Source of the DNA: Antedon mediterranea
Lineage: Eukaryota > Animalia > Echinodermata
Direction of reading: 5' to 3'
NCBI RefSeq assembly: GCF_964355755.1
Contig: NC_092676.1
Coordinates: forward strand, 12,386,771 to 12,450,770
Length of the DNA: 64,000 bases
The notes under the pieces were generated by a model that was given only the letters and a program-made list of their open reading frames with translations, ran no database searches and was not told the DNA's origin. The position numbers were made by a program, and so were the translations under genes. Below, piece after piece: positions 42,019 to 58,400 of this stretch. The stretch's first letter is position 1. Each line of letters opens with the position of its first letter.

Positions 42019-43048
42019 TATACAAAAACATCAAAGTGCTTAAAATCACATTTAAAACCGTTTCAGAGCATTTTTAGCATTTCGATAAAACTTTTCACAC
42101 AAAAACATCAAAGTGTACAAAATAGCTTCAAATCGCATTTAGAGAGGTTTTAGACAATTTTGTGCATTTCGATAAAACTTTTCACACAAAAACATCAAAG
42201 TGTACAAAATAGCTTCAAATTGCATTTAGAGACGTTTTAGACCATTTTGTGCATTTCGATAAAACTTTTCACACAAAAACATCAAATTGCACAAAATCGT
42301 TTTAAACCATTTTAAATCGTTTTAAACCATTTTGAGCATGTCGATAAAACTTTTCACAAAAAACATCAAAGTGCACAGAATAGCTTCAAATTGCATTTGG
42401 AGACGTTTTAGAGCATTTTGTGCATTTCGATAAAATGTGTTAACATAAAAAGACCAAAGTGTTTAGAATATCTTCAAATCACATTTGGAGACGTTTTAGA
42501 CCATTTTTTGCATTTCGATGAAACTTGGTTACACAAAAACATCAAAGTGCTTAAAATCACATTTGAAACCGTTTTAGAGCATTTTGAGCATTTCGATAAA
42601 ACTTTTCACACAAAAACATCAAAGTGTACAAAATAGCTTCAAATCGCATTTAGAGACGTTTTAGACCATTTTTTGCATTTCGATGAAACTTGGTTACACA
42701 AAAACATCAAAGTGCTTAAAATCACATTTAAAACCGTTTTAGAGCATTTTTAGTATTTCGATAAAACTTTTCACACAAAAACATCAAAGTGTACAAAATA
42801 GCTTCAAATCGCATTTAGAGAGGTTTTAGACAATTTTGTGCATTTCGATAAAACTTCTCACACAAAAACATCAAAGTGTACAAAATAGCTTCAAATTGCA
42901 TTTAGAGACGTTTTAGACCATTTTGTGCATTTCGATAAAACTTTTCACACAAAAACATCAAATTGCACAAAATCGTTTTAAACCATTTTAAATCGTTTTA
43001 AACCATTTTGAGCATTTCGATAAAACTTTTCACAAAAAACATCAAAGT
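42019..43048 (+). repeat. Tandem pair of the 676-bp HOR, second unit lacking one monomer
   Basis: Markers at 42294 and 42970. At about 43050, ACATCAAAGTG joins directly to TTTAGAATATCTTC, which removes 88 bp. Confidence 0.82.
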
Positions 43049-46000
43049 GTTTAGAATATCTTCAAATCACATTTGGAGACGTTTTAGACCATTTTTTGCA
43101 TTTCGATGAAACTTGGTTACACAAAAACATCAAAGTGCTTAAAATCACATTTGAAACCGTTTTAGAGCATTTTGAGCATTTCGATAAAACTTTTCACACA
43201 AAAACATCAAAGTGTACAAAATAGCTTCAAATCGCATTTAGAGACGTTTTAGACCATTTTGTGCATTTCGAAAAAATTTGTTAACATAAAAAGACCAAAG
43301 TGTTTAGAATATCTCCAAATCGCATTTGGAGACGTTTTAGACCATTTTGTGCATTTCGATGAAACTTGGTTACACAAAAACATCAAAGTGCTTAAAATCA
43401 CATTTGAAACCGTTTTAGAGCATTTTTAGCATTTCGATAATACTTTTCACACAAAAACATCAGTGTACAAAATAGCTTCAAATCGCATTTGGAGACGTTT
43501 TAGACCATTTTGTGCATTTCGATGAAACTTGGTTACACAAAAACATCAAAGTGCTTAAAATCACATTTGAAACCGTTTTAGACCATTTTGAGCATTTCGA
43601 TAAAACTTTTCACACAAAAAAATCAAAGTGCACAAAATAGCTTCAAATCGCATTTGGAGACGTTTTAGACTATTTTGTGCATTTTGAAAAAATTTGTTAA
43701 CATAAAAAGACCAAAGTGTTTAGAATATCTCCAAATCGCATTTGGAGACGTTTTAAACCATTTTGTGCATTTCGATGGAACTTGGTTACACAAAAACATC
43801 AAAGTGCTTAAAATCACATTTAAAACCGTTTTAGAGCATTTTGAGCATTTCGATAAAACTTTTCACACAAAAACATCAAAGTGTACAAAATAGCTTCAAA
43901 TCGCATTTAGAGACGTTTTAGACCATTTTGTGCATTTCGATAAAACTTTTCACACAAAAACATCAAATTGCACAAATAGCTTAATACCGTGTTTGAAATC
44001 GTTTTAAACCATTTTGAGCATGTCGATAAAACTTTTCACAAAAAAACATCAAAGTGCACAGAATAGCTTCAAATCGCATTTGGAGACGTTTTAAACCATT
44101 TTGTACATTTCGATAAAACTTTTCACATAAAAACAACAAAGTGTACAAAATAGCTTCAAATCGCATTTGGAGACGTTTTAGACCATTTTGTGCATTTCGA
44201 TGAAACTCATCAAAGTGCTTAAAATCACATTTGAAACCGTTTTAGAGCATTTTGAGCATTTCGATAAAACTTTTCACACAAAAACATCAAAGTGTACAAA
44301 ATAGCTTCAAATCACATTTGAAACCGTTTTAGACCATATTGAGCATTTCGATAAAACTTTTCACACAAAAACATCAAAGTGTACAAAATAGCTTCAAATC
44401 GCATTTGGAGACGTTTTAGACCATTTTGTGTATTTCGATGAAACTTGGTTACACAAAAACATCAAAGTGCTTAAAATCACATTTGAAAGCGTTTTAGAGC
44501 ATTTTTAGCATTTCGATAATACTTTTCACACAAAAACATCAAAGTGTACAAAATAGCTTCAAATCGCATTTGGAGACGTTTTAGACCATTTTGTGCATTT
44601 CGATGAAACTTGGTTACACAAAAACATCAAAGTGCTTAAAATCACATTTAAAACAGTTTTAGAGCATTTTGAGCATTTCGATAAAACTTTTCACACAAAA
44701 ACATCAAAGTGTACAAAATAGCTTCAAATCGCATTTAAAGAGGTTTTAGACCATTTTGTGCATTTCGATAAAACTTTTCACACAAAAACATCAAAGTGTA
44801 CAAAATAGCTTCAAATCGCATTTAGAGACGTTTTAGACCATCTTGTGCATTTCGATAAAACTTTTCACACAAAAACATCAAATTGCACAAAATAGCTAAA
44901 TATCGTGTTTGAAAACGTTTTAAACCATTTTGAGCATGTCGATAAAACTTTTCACACAAAAATATCAAAGTGCACAGAATATCTTCAAATCGCATTTAGA
45001 GACGTTTTAGACCATTTTGTGCATTTCGAAAAAATTTGTTAACATAAAAAGACCAAAGTGTTTAGAATATCTCCAAATCGCATTTGGAGACGTTTTAGAC
45101 CATTTTGTGTTTTTCGAAAAAACTTTTCACACAAAAACATCAAAGTGTACAAAATTGCTTCAAATCGCATTTGGAGACGTTTTAGACCATTTTGTGATTT
45201 TCGAAAAACTTTTCACACAAAAACATCAAAGTGTAGAAAATTGCTTCAAATCGCATTTAGAGACGTTTTAGACCATTTTGTGCATTTCGAAAAAATTTGT
45301 TAACATAAAAAGACCAAAGTGTTTAGAATATTTCCAAATCGCATTTGGAGACGTTTTAGACCATTTTGTGCATTTCGATGAAACTTGGTTACACAAAAAC
45401 ATCAAAGTGCTTAAAATCACATTTAAAACCGTTTTAGAGCGTTTTGAGCATTTCGATAAACTTTTCACACAAAAACATCAAAGTGCACAAAATAGCATTT
45501 AGAGATGTTTTAGACCATTTTGTGCATTTCGATAAAACTTTTCACACAAAAACATCAAATTGCACAAAAAAGCTTAATACCGTGTTTGAAATCGTTTTAA
45601 ACCAATTTGAGCATGTCGATAAAACTTTTCACACAAAAAAATCAAAGTGCACAGAATATCTTCAAATCGCATTTAGAGACGTTTTAGACCATTTTGTGCA
45701 TTTCGAAAAAATTTGTTAACATAAAAAGACCAAAGTGTTTAGAATATCTCCAAATCGCATTTGGAGACGTTTTAAACCATTTTGTGCATTTCGATGGAAC
45801 TTGGTTACACAAAAACATCAAAGTGCTTAAAATCACATTTGAAAGCGTTTTAGAGCATTTTTAGCATTTCGATAATACTTTTCACACAAAAACATCAAAG
45901 TGTACAGAATAGCTTCAAATCGCATTTGGAGACGATTTAGACCATTTTGTGCATTTCGATGAAACTTGGTTACACAAAAACATCAAAGTGCTTAAAATCA

Positions 46001-49000
46001 CATTTGAAACCGTTTTAGAGCATTTTTAACATTTCGATAATACTTTTCACACAAAAACATCAAAGTGTACAAAATAGCTTCAAATCGCATTTGGAGACGT
46101 TTTAGACCATTTTGTGCATTTCGATGAAACTTGGTTACACAAAAACATCAAAGTGCTTAAAATCACATTTGAAAGCGTTTTAGAGCATTTTTAGCATTTC
46201 GATAATACTTTTCACACAAAAACATCAAAGTGCACAAAATAGCTTCAAATCGCATTTAGAGATGTTTTAGACCATTTTGTGCATTTCGATAAAACTTTTC
46301 ACACAAAAACATCAAATTGCACAAAATAGCTTAATACCGTGTTTGAAATCATTTTAAACCATTTTGAGCATGTCGATAAAACTTTTCACACAAAAACATC
46401 AAAGTTTTTAGAATATCTCCAAATCGCATTTGGAGACGTTTTAGACCATTTTGTGCATTTCGATGAAACTTGGTTACACAAAAACATCAAAGTGCTTAAA
46501 ATCACATTTGAAACCGTTTTAGAGCATTTTGAGCATTTCGATAAAACTTTTCAAACAAAAACATCAAAGTGTACAAAATAGCTTCAAATCACATTTGAAA
46601 CCGTTTTAGACCATTTTGAGCATTTCGATAAAACTTTTCACACAAAAACATCAAAGTGTACAAAATAGCTTCAAATCGCATTTGGAGACGTTTTAGACCA
46701 TTTTGTGCATTTCGATGAAACTTGGTTACACAAAAACATCAAAGTGCTTAAAATCACATTTGAAACCGTTTTAGAGCATTTTTAGCATTTCGATAATACT
46801 TTTCACACAAAACATCAAAGTGTACAAAATAGCTTCAAATCGCATTTGGAGACGTTTTAGACCATTTTGTGCATTTCGATGAAACTTGGTTACACAAAAA
46901 CATCAAAGTGCTTAAAATCACATTTGAAACCGTTTTAGACCATTTTGAGCATTTCGATAAAACTTTTCACACAAAAAAATCAAAGTGCACAAAATAGCTT
47001 CAAATCGCATTTGGGGACGTTTTAGACTATTTTGTGCATTTCGAAAAAAATTGTTAACATAAAAAGACCAAAGTGTTTAGAATATCTCCAAATCGCATTT
47101 GGAGACGTTTTAAACCATTTTGTGCATTTCGATGGAACTTGGTTACACAAAAACATCAAAGTGCTTAAAATCACATTTAAAACCGTTTTAGAGCATTTTT
47201 AGCATTTCGATAAAACTTTTCACACAAAAACATCAAAGTGTACAAAATAGCTTCAAATCGCATTTAGAGAGGTTTTAGACAATTTTGTGCATTTCGATAA
47301 AACTTTTCACACAAAAACATCAAAGTGTACAAAATAGCTTCAAATTGCATTTAGAGACGTTTTAGACCATTTTGTGCATTTCGATAAAACTTTTCACACA
47401 AAAACATCAAATTGCACAAAATCGTTTTAAACCATTTTAAATCGTTTTAAACCATTTTGAGCATTTCGATAAAACTTTTCACAAAAAACATCAAAGTGCA
47501 CAGAATAGCTTCAAATTGCATTTGGAGACGTTTTAGAGCATTTTGTGCATTTCGATAAAATGTGTTAACATAAAAAGACCAAAGTGTTTAGAAGATCTTC
47601 AAATCACATTTGGAGACGTTTTAGACCATTTTGTGCATTTCGATGAAACTTGGTTACACAAAAACATCAAAGTGCTTAAAATCACATTTGAAACCGTTTT
47701 AGAGCATTTTTAGCATTTCGATAAAACTTTTCACACAAAAACATCAAAGTGTACAAAATAGCTTCAAATCGCATTTAGAGACGTTTTAGACCATTTTGTG
47801 CATTTCGAAAAAATTTGTTAACATAAAAAGACCAAAGTGTTTAGAATATCTCCAAATCGCATTTGGAGACGTTTTAGACCATTTTGTGCATTTCGATGAA
47901 ACTTGGTTACACAAAAACATCAAAGTGCTTAAAATCACATTTGAAACCGTTTTAGAGCATTTTTAGCATTTCGATAATACTTTTCACACAAAAACATCAA
48001 AGTGTACAAAATAGCTTCAAATCGCATTTGGAGACGTTTTAGACCATTTTGTGCATTTCGATGAAACTTGGTTACACAAAAACATCAAAGTGCTTAAAAT
48101 CACATTTGAAACCGTTTTAGACCATTTTGAGCATTTCGATAAAACTTTTCACACAAAAAAATCAAAGTGCACAAAATAGCTTCAAATCGCATTTGGAGAC
48201 GTTTTAGACTATTTTGTGCATTTTGAAAAAATTTGTTAACATAAAAAGACCAAAGTGTTTAGAATATCTCCAAATCGCATTTGGAGACGTTTTAAACCAT
48301 TTTGTGCATTTCGATGGAACTTGGTTACACAAAAACATCAAAGTGCTTAAAATCACATTTAAAACCGTTTTAGAGCATTTTGAGCATTTCGGTAAAACTT
48401 TTCACACAAAAACATCAAAGTGTACAAAATAGCTTCAAATCGCATTTAGAGACGTTTTAGACCATTTTGTGCATTTCGATAAAACTTTTCACACAAAAAC
48501 ATCAAATTGCACAAATAGCTTAATACCGTGTTTGAAATCGTTTTAAACCATTTTGAGCATGTCGATAAAACTTTTCACAAAAAAACATCAAAGTGCACAG
48601 AATAGCTTCAAATCGCATTTGGAGACGTTTTAAACCATTTTGTGCATTTCGATAAAACTTTTCACATAAAAACAACAAAGTGTACAAAATAGCTTCAAAT
48701 CGCATTTGGAGACGTTTTAGACCATTTTGTGTATTTCGATGAAACTCATCAAAGTGCTTAAAATCACATTTGAAACCGTTTTAGAGCATTTTGAGCATTT
48801 CGATAAAACTTTTCACACAAAAACATCAAAGTGTACAAAATAGCTTCAAATCACATTTGAAACCGTTTTAGACCATATTGAGCATTTCGATAAAACTTTT
48901 CACACAAAAAAATCAAAGTGTACAAAATAGCTTCAAATCGCATTTGGAGACGTTTTAGACCATTTTGTGTATTTCGATGAAACTTGGTTACACAAAAACA

Positions 49001-50936
49001 TCAAAGTGCTTAAAATCACATTTGAAAGCGTTTTAGAGCATTTTTAGCATTTCGATAATACTTTTCACACAAAAACATCAAAGTGTACAAAATAGCTTCA
49101 AATCGCATTTGGAGACGTTTTAGACCATTTTGTGCATTTCGATGAAACTTGGTTACACAAAAACATCAAAGTGCTTAAAATCACATTTAAAACAGTTTTA
49201 GAGCATTTTGAGCATTTCGATAAAACTTTTCACACAAAAACATCAAAGTGTACAAAATAGCTTCAAATCGCATTTAGAGACGTTTTAGACCATTTTGTGC
49301 ATTTCGAAAAAATTTGTTAACATAAAAAGACCAAAGTGTTTAGAATATCTCCAAATCGCATTTGGAGACGTTTTAGACCATTTTGTGCATTTCAATGAAA
49401 CTTGGTTACACAAAAACATCAAAGTGCTTAAAATCACATTTGAAACCGTTTTAGAGCATTTTTAGCATTTCGATAATACTTTTCACACAAAAACATCAAA
49501 GTGTACAAAATAGCTTCAAATCGCATTTAGAGAGGTTTTAGACCATTTTGTGCATTTCGATAAAACTTTTCACACAAAAACATCAAAGTGTACAAAATAG
49601 CTTCAAATCGCATTTAGAGACGTTTTAGACCATTTTGTGCATTTCGATAAAACTTTTCACACAAAAACATCAAATTGCACAAAATAGCTTAATACCGTGT
49701 TTGAAATCGTTTTAAACCATTTTGAGCATGTCGATAAAACTTTTCACAAAAAAACATCAAAGTGCACAGAATAGCTTCAAATCGCATTTGGAGACGTTTT
49801 AAACCATTTTGAGCATTTCGATAAAACTTTTCACACAAAAACATCAAAGTGTACAAAATAGCTTCAAATCGCATTTAGAGAGGTTTTAGACCATTTTGTG
49901 CATTTCGATAAAACTTTTCACACAAAAACATCAAATTGCACAAAATAGCTTAATATCGTGTTTGAAAACGTTTTAAACCATTTTGAGCATGTCGATAAAA
50001 CTTTTCACACAAAAATATCAAAGCGCACAGAATATCTTCAAATCGCATTTAGAGACGTTTTAGACCATTTTGTGCATTTCGAAAAAATTTGTTAACATAA
50101 AAAGACCAAAGTGTTTAGAATATCTCCAAATCGCATTTGGAGACGTTTTAGACCATTTTGTGCATTTCGATGAAACTTGATTACACAAAAACATCAAAGT
50201 GCTTAAAATCACATTTAAAACCGTTTTAGAGCGTTTTGAGCATTTCGATAAACTTTTCACACAAAAACATCAAAGTGCACAAAATAGCTTCAAATCGCAT
50301 TTAGAGATGTTTTAGACCATTTTGTGCATTTCGATAAAACTTTTCACACAAAAACATCAAATTGCACAAAAAAGCTTAATACCGTGTTTGAAATCGTTTT
50401 AAACCAATTTGAGCATGTCGAAAAAACTTTTCACACAAAAACATCAAAGTGCACAGAATATCTCCAAATCGCATTTGGAGACGTTTTAGACCATTTTGTG
50501 CATTTCGATGAAACTTGGTTACACAAAAACATCAAAGTGCTTAAAATCACATTTGAAACCGTTTTAGAGCATTTTGAGCATTTCGATAATACTTTTCACA
50601 CAAAACATCAAAGTGTACAAAATAGCTTCAAATCGCATTTGGAGACGTTTTAGACCATTTTGTGCATTTCGATGAAACTTGGTTACACAAAAACATCAAA
50701 GTGCTTAAAATCACATTTGAAACCGTTTTAGACCATTTTGAGCATTTCGATAAAACTTTTCACACAAAAAAATCAAAGTGCACAAAATAGCTTCAAATCG
50801 CATTTGGGGACGTTTTAGACTATTTTGTGCATTTCGAAAAAAATTGTTAACATAAAAAGACCAAAGTGTTTAGAATATCTCCAAATCGCATTTGGAGACG
50901 TTTTAAACCATTTTGTGCATTTCGATGGAACTTGGT

Positions 50937-52267
50937 TACACAAAAACATCAAAGTGCTTAAAATCACATTTAAAACCGTTTTAGAGCATTTTTAGCATTT
51001 CGATAAAACTTTTCACACAAAAACATCAAAGTGTACAAAATAGCTTCAAATCGCATTTAGAGAGGTTTTAGACAATTTTGTGCATTTCGATAAAACTTTT
51101 CACACAAAAACATCAAAGTGTACAAAATAGCTTCAAATTGCATTTAGAGACGTTTTAGACCATTTTGTGCATTTCGATAAAACTTTTCACACAAAAACAT
51201 CAAATTGCACAAAATCGTTTTAAACCATTTTAAATCGTTTTAAACCATTTTGAGCATGTCGATAAAACTTTTCACAAAAAACATCAAAGTGCACAGAATA
51301 GCTTCAAATTGCATTTGGAGACGTTTTAGAGCATTTTGTGCATTTCGATAAAATGTGTTAACATAAAAAGACCAAAGTGTTTAGAATATCTTCAAATCAC
51401 ATTTGGAGACGTTTTAGACCATTTTTTGCATTTCGATGAAACTTGGTTACACAAAAACATCAAAGTGCTTAAAATCACATTTGAAACCGTTTTAGAGCAT
51501 TTTGAGCATTTCGATAAAACTTTTCACACAAAAACATCAAAGTGTACAAAATAGCTTCAAATCGCATTTAGAGACGTTTTAGACCATTTTTTGCATTTCG
51601 ATGAAACTTGGTTACACAAAAACATCAAAGTGCTTAAAATCACATTTAAAACCGTTTTAGAGCATTTTTAGCATTTCGATAAAACTTTTCACACAAAAAC
51701 ATCAAAGTGTACAAAATAGCTTCAAATCGCATTTAGAGAGGTTTTAGACAATTTTGTGCATTTCGATAAAACTTTTCACACAAAAACATCAAAGTGTACA
51801 AAATAGCTTCAAATTGAATTTAGAGACGTTTTAGACCATTTTTTGCATTTCGATAAAACTTTTCACACAAAAACATCAAATTGCACAAAATCGTTTTAAA
51901 CCATTTTAAATCGTTTTAAACCATTTTGAGCATTTCGATAAAACTTTTCACAAAAAACATCAAAGTGCACAGAATAGCTTCAAATTGCATTTGGAGACGT
52001 TTTAGAGCATTTTGTGCATTTCGATAAAATGTGTTAACATAAAAAGACCAAAGTGTTTAGAATATCTTCAAATCACATTTGGAGACGTTTTAGACCATTT
52101 TTTGCATTTCGATGAAACTTGGTTACACAAAAACATCAAAGTGCTTAAAATCACATTTGAAACCGTTTTAGAGCATTTTGAGCATTTCGATAAAACTTTT
52201 CACACAAAAACATCAAAGTGTACAAAATAGCTTCAAATCGCATTTAGAGACGTTTTAGACCATTTTG
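50937..52267 (+). repeat. Tandem pair of the 676-bp HOR
   Basis: ORFs at 51336 and 52012. Confidence 0.9.
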
Positions 52268-54142
52268 TGCATTTCGAAAAAATTTGTTAACATAAAAAGA
52301 CCAAAGTGTTTAGAATATCTCCAAATCGCATTTGGAGACGTTTTAGACCATTTTGTGCATTTCGATGAAACTTGGTTACACAAAAACATCAAAGTGCTTA
52401 AAATCACATTTGAAACCGTTTTAGAGCATTTTTAGCATTTCGATAATACTTTTCACACAAAAACATCAAAGTGTACAAAATAGCTTCAAATCGCATTTGG
52501 AGACGTTTTAGACCATTTTGTGCATTTCGAAAAAATTTGTTAACATAAAAAGACCAAAGTGTTTAGAATATCTCCAAATCGCATTTGGAGACGTTTTAGA
52601 CCATTTTGTGCATTTCGATGAAACTTGGTTACACAAAAACATCAAAGTGCTTAAAATCACATTTGAAACCGTTTTAGAGCATTTTTAGCATTTCGATAAT
52701 ACTTTTCACACAAAAACATCAAAGTGTACAAAATAGCTTCAAATCGCATTTGGAGACGTTTTAGACCATTTTGTGCATTTCGATGAAACTTGGTTACACA
52801 AAAACATCAAAGTGCTTAAAATCACATTTGAAACCGTTTTAGACCATTTTGAGCATTTCGATAAAACTTTTCACACAAAAAAATCAAAGTGCACAAAATA
52901 GCTTCAAATCGCATTTGGAGACGTTTTAGACTATTTTGTGCATTTTGAAAAAATTTGTTAACATAAAAAGACCAAAGTGTTTAGAATATCTCCAAATCGC
53001 ATTTGGAGACGTTTTAGACCATTTTGTGCATTTCAATGAAACTTGGTTACACAAAAACATCAAAGTGCTTAAAATCATATTTGAAACCGTTTTAGAGCAT
53101 TTTTAGCATTTCGATAATACTTTTCACACAAAAACATCAAAGTGTACAAAATAGCTTCAAATCGCATTTAGAGAGGTTTTAGACCATTTTGTGCATTTCG
53201 ATAAAACTTTTCACACAAAAACATCAAAGTGTACAAAATAGCTTCAAATCGCATTTAGAGACGTTTTAGACCATTTTGTGCATTTCGATAAAACTTTTCA
53301 CACAAAAACATCAAATTGCACAAAATAGCTTAATACCGTGTTTGAAATCGTTTTAAACCATTTTGAGCATGTCGATAAAACTTTTCACAAAAAAACATCA
53401 AAGTGTTTAGAATATCTCCAAATCGCATTTGGAGACGTTTTAGACCATTTTGTGCATTTCGATGAAACTTGGTTACACAAAAACATCAAAGTGCTTAAAA
53501 TCACATTTGAAACCGTTTTAGAGCATTTTGAGCATTTCGATAAAACTTTTCAAACAAAAACATCAAAGTGTACAAAATAGCTTCAAATCACATTTGAAAC
53601 CGTTTTAGACCATTTTGAGCATTTCGATAAAACTTTTCACACAAAAACATCAAAGTGTACAAAATAGCTTCAAATCGCATTTGGAGACGTTTTAGACCAT
53701 TTTGTGCATTTCGATGAAACTTGGTTACACAAAAACATCAAAGTGCTTAAAATCACATTTGAAACCGTTTTAGAGCATTTTTAGCATTTCGATAATACTT
53801 TTCACACAAAACATCAAAGTGTACAAAATAGCTTCAAATCGCATTTGGAGACGTTTTAGACCATTTTGTGCATTTCGATGAAACTTGGTTACACAAAAAC
53901 ATCAAAGTGCTTAAAATCACATTTGAAACCGTTTTAGACCATTTTGAGCATTTCGAAAAAACTTTTCACACAAAAAAATCAAAGTGCACAAAATAGCTTC
54001 AAATCGCATTTGGGGACGTTTTAGACTATTTTGTGCATTTCGAAAAAAATTGTTAACATAAAAAGACCAAAGTGTTTAGAATATCTCCAAATCGCATTTG
54101 GAGACGTTTTAAACCATTTTGTGCATTTCGATGGAACTTGGT

Positions 54143-55473
54143 TACACAAAAACATCAAAGTGCTTAAAATCACATTTAAAACCGTTTTAGAGCATTTTTA
54201 GCATTTCGATAAAACTTTTCACACAAAAACATCAAAGTGTACAAAATAGCTTCAAATCGCATTTAGAGAGGTTTTAGACAATTTTGTGCATTTCGATAAA
54301 ACTTTTCACACAAAAACATCAAAGTGTACAAAATAGCTTCAAATTGCATTTAGAGACGTTTTAGACCATTTTGTGCATTTCGATAAAACTTTTCACACAA
54401 AAACATCAAATTGCACAAAATCGTTTTAAACCATTTTAAATCGTTTTAAACCATTTTGAGCATGTCGATAAAACTTTTCACAAAAAACATCAAAGTGCAC
54501 AGAATAGCTTCAAATTGCATTTGGAGACGTTTTAGAGCATTTTGTGCATTTCGATAAAATGTGTTAACATAAAAAGACCAAAGTGTTTAGAATATCTTCA
54601 AATCACATTTGGAGACGTTTTAGACCATTTTTTGCATTTCGATGAAACTTGGTTACACAAAAACATCAAAGTGCTTAAAATCACATTTGAAACCGTTTTA
54701 GAGCATTTTGAGCATTTCGATAAAACTTTTCACACAAAAACATCAAAGTGTACAAAATAGCTTCAAATCGCATTTAGAGACGTTTTAGACCATTTTTTGC
54801 ATTTCGATGAAACTTGGTTACACAAAAACATCAAAGTGCTTAAAATCACATTTAAAACCGTTTTAGAGCATTTTTAGCATTTCGATAAAACTTTTCACAC
54901 AAAAACATCAAAGTGTACAAAATAGCTTCAAATCGCATTTAGAGAGGTTTTAGACAATTTTGTGCATTTCGATAAAACTTTTCACACAAAAACATCAAAG
55001 TGTACAAAATAGCTTCAAATTGCATTTAGAGACGTTTTAGACCATTTTGTGCATTTCGATAAAACTTTTCACACAAAAACATCAAATTGCACAAAATCGT
55101 TTTAAACCATTTTAAATCGTTTTAAACCATTTTGAGCATGTCGATAAAACTTTTCACAAAAAACATCAAAGTGCACAGAATAGCTTCAAATTGCATTTGG
55201 AGACGTTTTAGAGCATTTTGTGCATTTCGATAAAATGTGTTAACATAAAAAGACCAAAGTGTTTAGAATATCTTCAAATCACATTTGGAGACGTTTTAGA
55301 CCATTTTTTGCATTTCGATGAAACTTGGTTACACAAAAACATCAAAGTGCTTAAAATTACATTTGAAACCGTTTTAGAGCATTTTGAGCATTTCGATAAA
55401 ACTTTTCACACAAAAACATCAAAGTGTACAAAATAGCTTCAAATCGCATTTAGAGACGTTTTAGACCATTTTG
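54143..55473 (+). repeat. Tandem pair of the 676-bp HOR
   Basis: ORFs at 54542 and 55218. Confidence 0.9.
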
Positions 55474-58400
55474 TGCATTTCGAAAAAATTTGTTAACATA
55501 AAAAGACCAAAGTGTTTAGAATATCTCCAAATCGCATTTGGAGACGTTTTAGACCATTTTGTGCATTTCGATGAAACTTGGTTACACAAAAACATCAAAG
55601 TGCTTAAAATCACATTTGAAACCGTTTTAGAGCATTTTTAGCATTTCGATAATACTTTTCACACAAAAACATCAAAGTGTACAAAATAGCTTCAAATCGC
55701 ATTTGGAGACGTTTTAGACCATTTTGTGCATTTCGATGAAACTTGGTTACACAAAAACATCAAAGTGCTTAAAATCACATTTGAAACCGTTTTAGACCAT
55801 TTTGAGCATTTCGATAAAACTTTTCACACAAAAAAATCAAAGTGCACAAAATAGCTTCAAATCGCATTTGGAGACGTTTTAGACTATTTTGTGCATTTTG
55901 AAAAAATTTGTTAACATAAAAAGACCAAAGTGTTTAGAATATCTCCAAATCGCATTTGGAGACGTTTTAAACCATTTTGTGCATTTCGATGGAACTTGGT
56001 TACACAAAAACATCAAAGTGCTTAAAATCAAATTTAAAACCGTTTTAGAGCATTTTGAGCATTTCGATAAAACTTTTCACACAAAAACATCAAAGTGTAC
56101 AAAATAGCTTCAAATCGCATATAGAGACGTTTTAGACCATTTTGTGCATTTCGATAAAACTTTTCACACAAAAACATCAAATTGCACAAATAGCTTAATA
56201 CCGTGTTTGAAATCGTTTTAAACCATTTTGAGCATGTCGATAAAACTTTTCACAAAAAAACATCAAAGTGCACAGAATAGCTTCAAATCGCATTTGGAGA
56301 CGTTTTAAACCATTTTGTGCATTTCGATAAAACTTTTCACATAAAAACAACAAAGTGTACAAAATAGCTTCAAATCGCATTTGGAGACGTTTTAGACCAT
56401 TTTTTGCATTTCGATGAAACTCATCAAAGTGCTTAAAATCACATTTGAAACCGTTTTAGAGCATTTTGAGCATTTCGATAAAACTTTTCACACAAAAACA
56501 TCAAAGTGTACAAAATAGCTTCAAATCACATTTGAAACCGTTTTAGACCATATTGAGCATTTCGATAAAACTTTTCACACAAAAACATCAAAGTGTACAA
56601 AATAGCTTCAAATCGCATTTGGAGACGTTTTAGACCATTTTGTGTATTTCGATGAAACTTGGTTACACAAAAACATCAAAGTGCTTAAAATCACATTTGA
56701 AAGCGTTTTAGAGCATTTTTAGCATTTCGATAATACTTTTCACACAAAAACATCAAAGTGTACAAAATAGCTTCAAATCGCATTTGGAGACGTTTTAGAC
56801 CATTTTGTGCATTTCGATGAAACTTGGTTACACAAAAACATCAAAGTGCTTAAAATCACATTTAAAACAGTTTTAGAGCATTTTGAGCATTTCGATAAAA
56901 CTTTTCACACAAAAACATCAAAGTGTACAAAATAGCTTCAAATCGCATTTAAAGAGGTTTTAGACCATTTTGTGCATTTCGATAAAACGTTTCACACAAA
57001 AACATCAAAGTGTACAAAATAGCTTCAAATCGCATTTAGAGACGTTTTAGACCATCTTGTGCATTTCGATAAAACTTTTCACACAAAAACATCAAATTGC
57101 ACAAAATAGCTTAATATCGAGTTTGAAAACGTTTTAAACCATTTTGAGCATGTCGATAAAACTTTTCACACAAAAATATCAAAGTGCACAGAATATCTTA
57201 AAATCGCATTTAGAGACGTTTTAGACCATTTTGTGCATTTCGAAAAAATTTGTTAACATAAAAAGACCAAAGTGTTTAGAATATCTCCAAATCGCATTTG
57301 GAGACGTTTTAGACCATTTTGTGTTTTTCGAAAAAACTTTTCACACAAAAACATCAAAGTGTACAAAATTGCTTCAAATCGCATTTGGAGACGTTTTAGA
57401 CCATTTTGTGATTTTCGAAAAACTTTTCACACAAAAACATCAAAGTGTAGAAAATTGCTTCAAATCGCATTTAGAGATGTTTTAGACCATTTTGTGCATT
57501 TCGAAAAAATTTGTTAACATAAAAAGACCAAAGTGTTTAGAATATTTCCAAATCGCATTTGGAGACGTTTTAGACCATTTTGTGCATTTCGATGAAACTT
57601 GGTTACACAAAAACATCAAAGTGCTTAAAATCACATTTAAAACCGTTTTAGAGCGTTTTGAGCATTTCGATAAACTTTTCACACAAAAACATCAAAGTGC
57701 ACAAAATAGCATTTAGAGATGTTTTAGACCATTTTGTGCATTTCGATAAAACTTTTCACACAAAAACATCAAATTGCACAAAAAAGCTTAATACCGTGTT
57801 TGAAATCGTTTTAAACCAATTTGAGCATGTCGATAAAACTTTTCACACAAAAACATCAAAGTGCACAGAATATCTTCAAATCGCATTTAGAGACGTTTTA
57901 GACCATTTTGTGCATTTCGAAAAAATTTGTTAACATAAAAAGACCAAAGTGTTTAGAATATCTCCAAATCGCATTTGGAGACGTTTTAAACCATTTTGTG
58001 CATTTCGATGGAACTTGGTTACACAAAAACATCAAAGTGCTTAAAATCACATTTGAAAGCGTTTTAGAGCATTTTTAGCATTTCGATAATACTTTTCACA
58101 CAAAAACATCAAAGTGTACAGAATAGCTTCAAATCGCATTTGGAGACGTTTTAGACCATTTTGTGCATTTCGATGAAACTTGGTTACACAAAAACATCAA
58201 AGTGCTTAAAATCACATTTGAAACCGTTTTAGAGCATTTTTAACATTTCGATAATACTTTTCACACAAAAACATCAAAGTGTACAAAATAGCTTCAAATC
58301 GCATTTGGAGACGTTTTAGACCATTTTGTGCATTTCGATGAAACTTGGTTACACAAAAACATCAAAGTGCTTAAAATCACATTTGAAAGCGTTTTAGAGC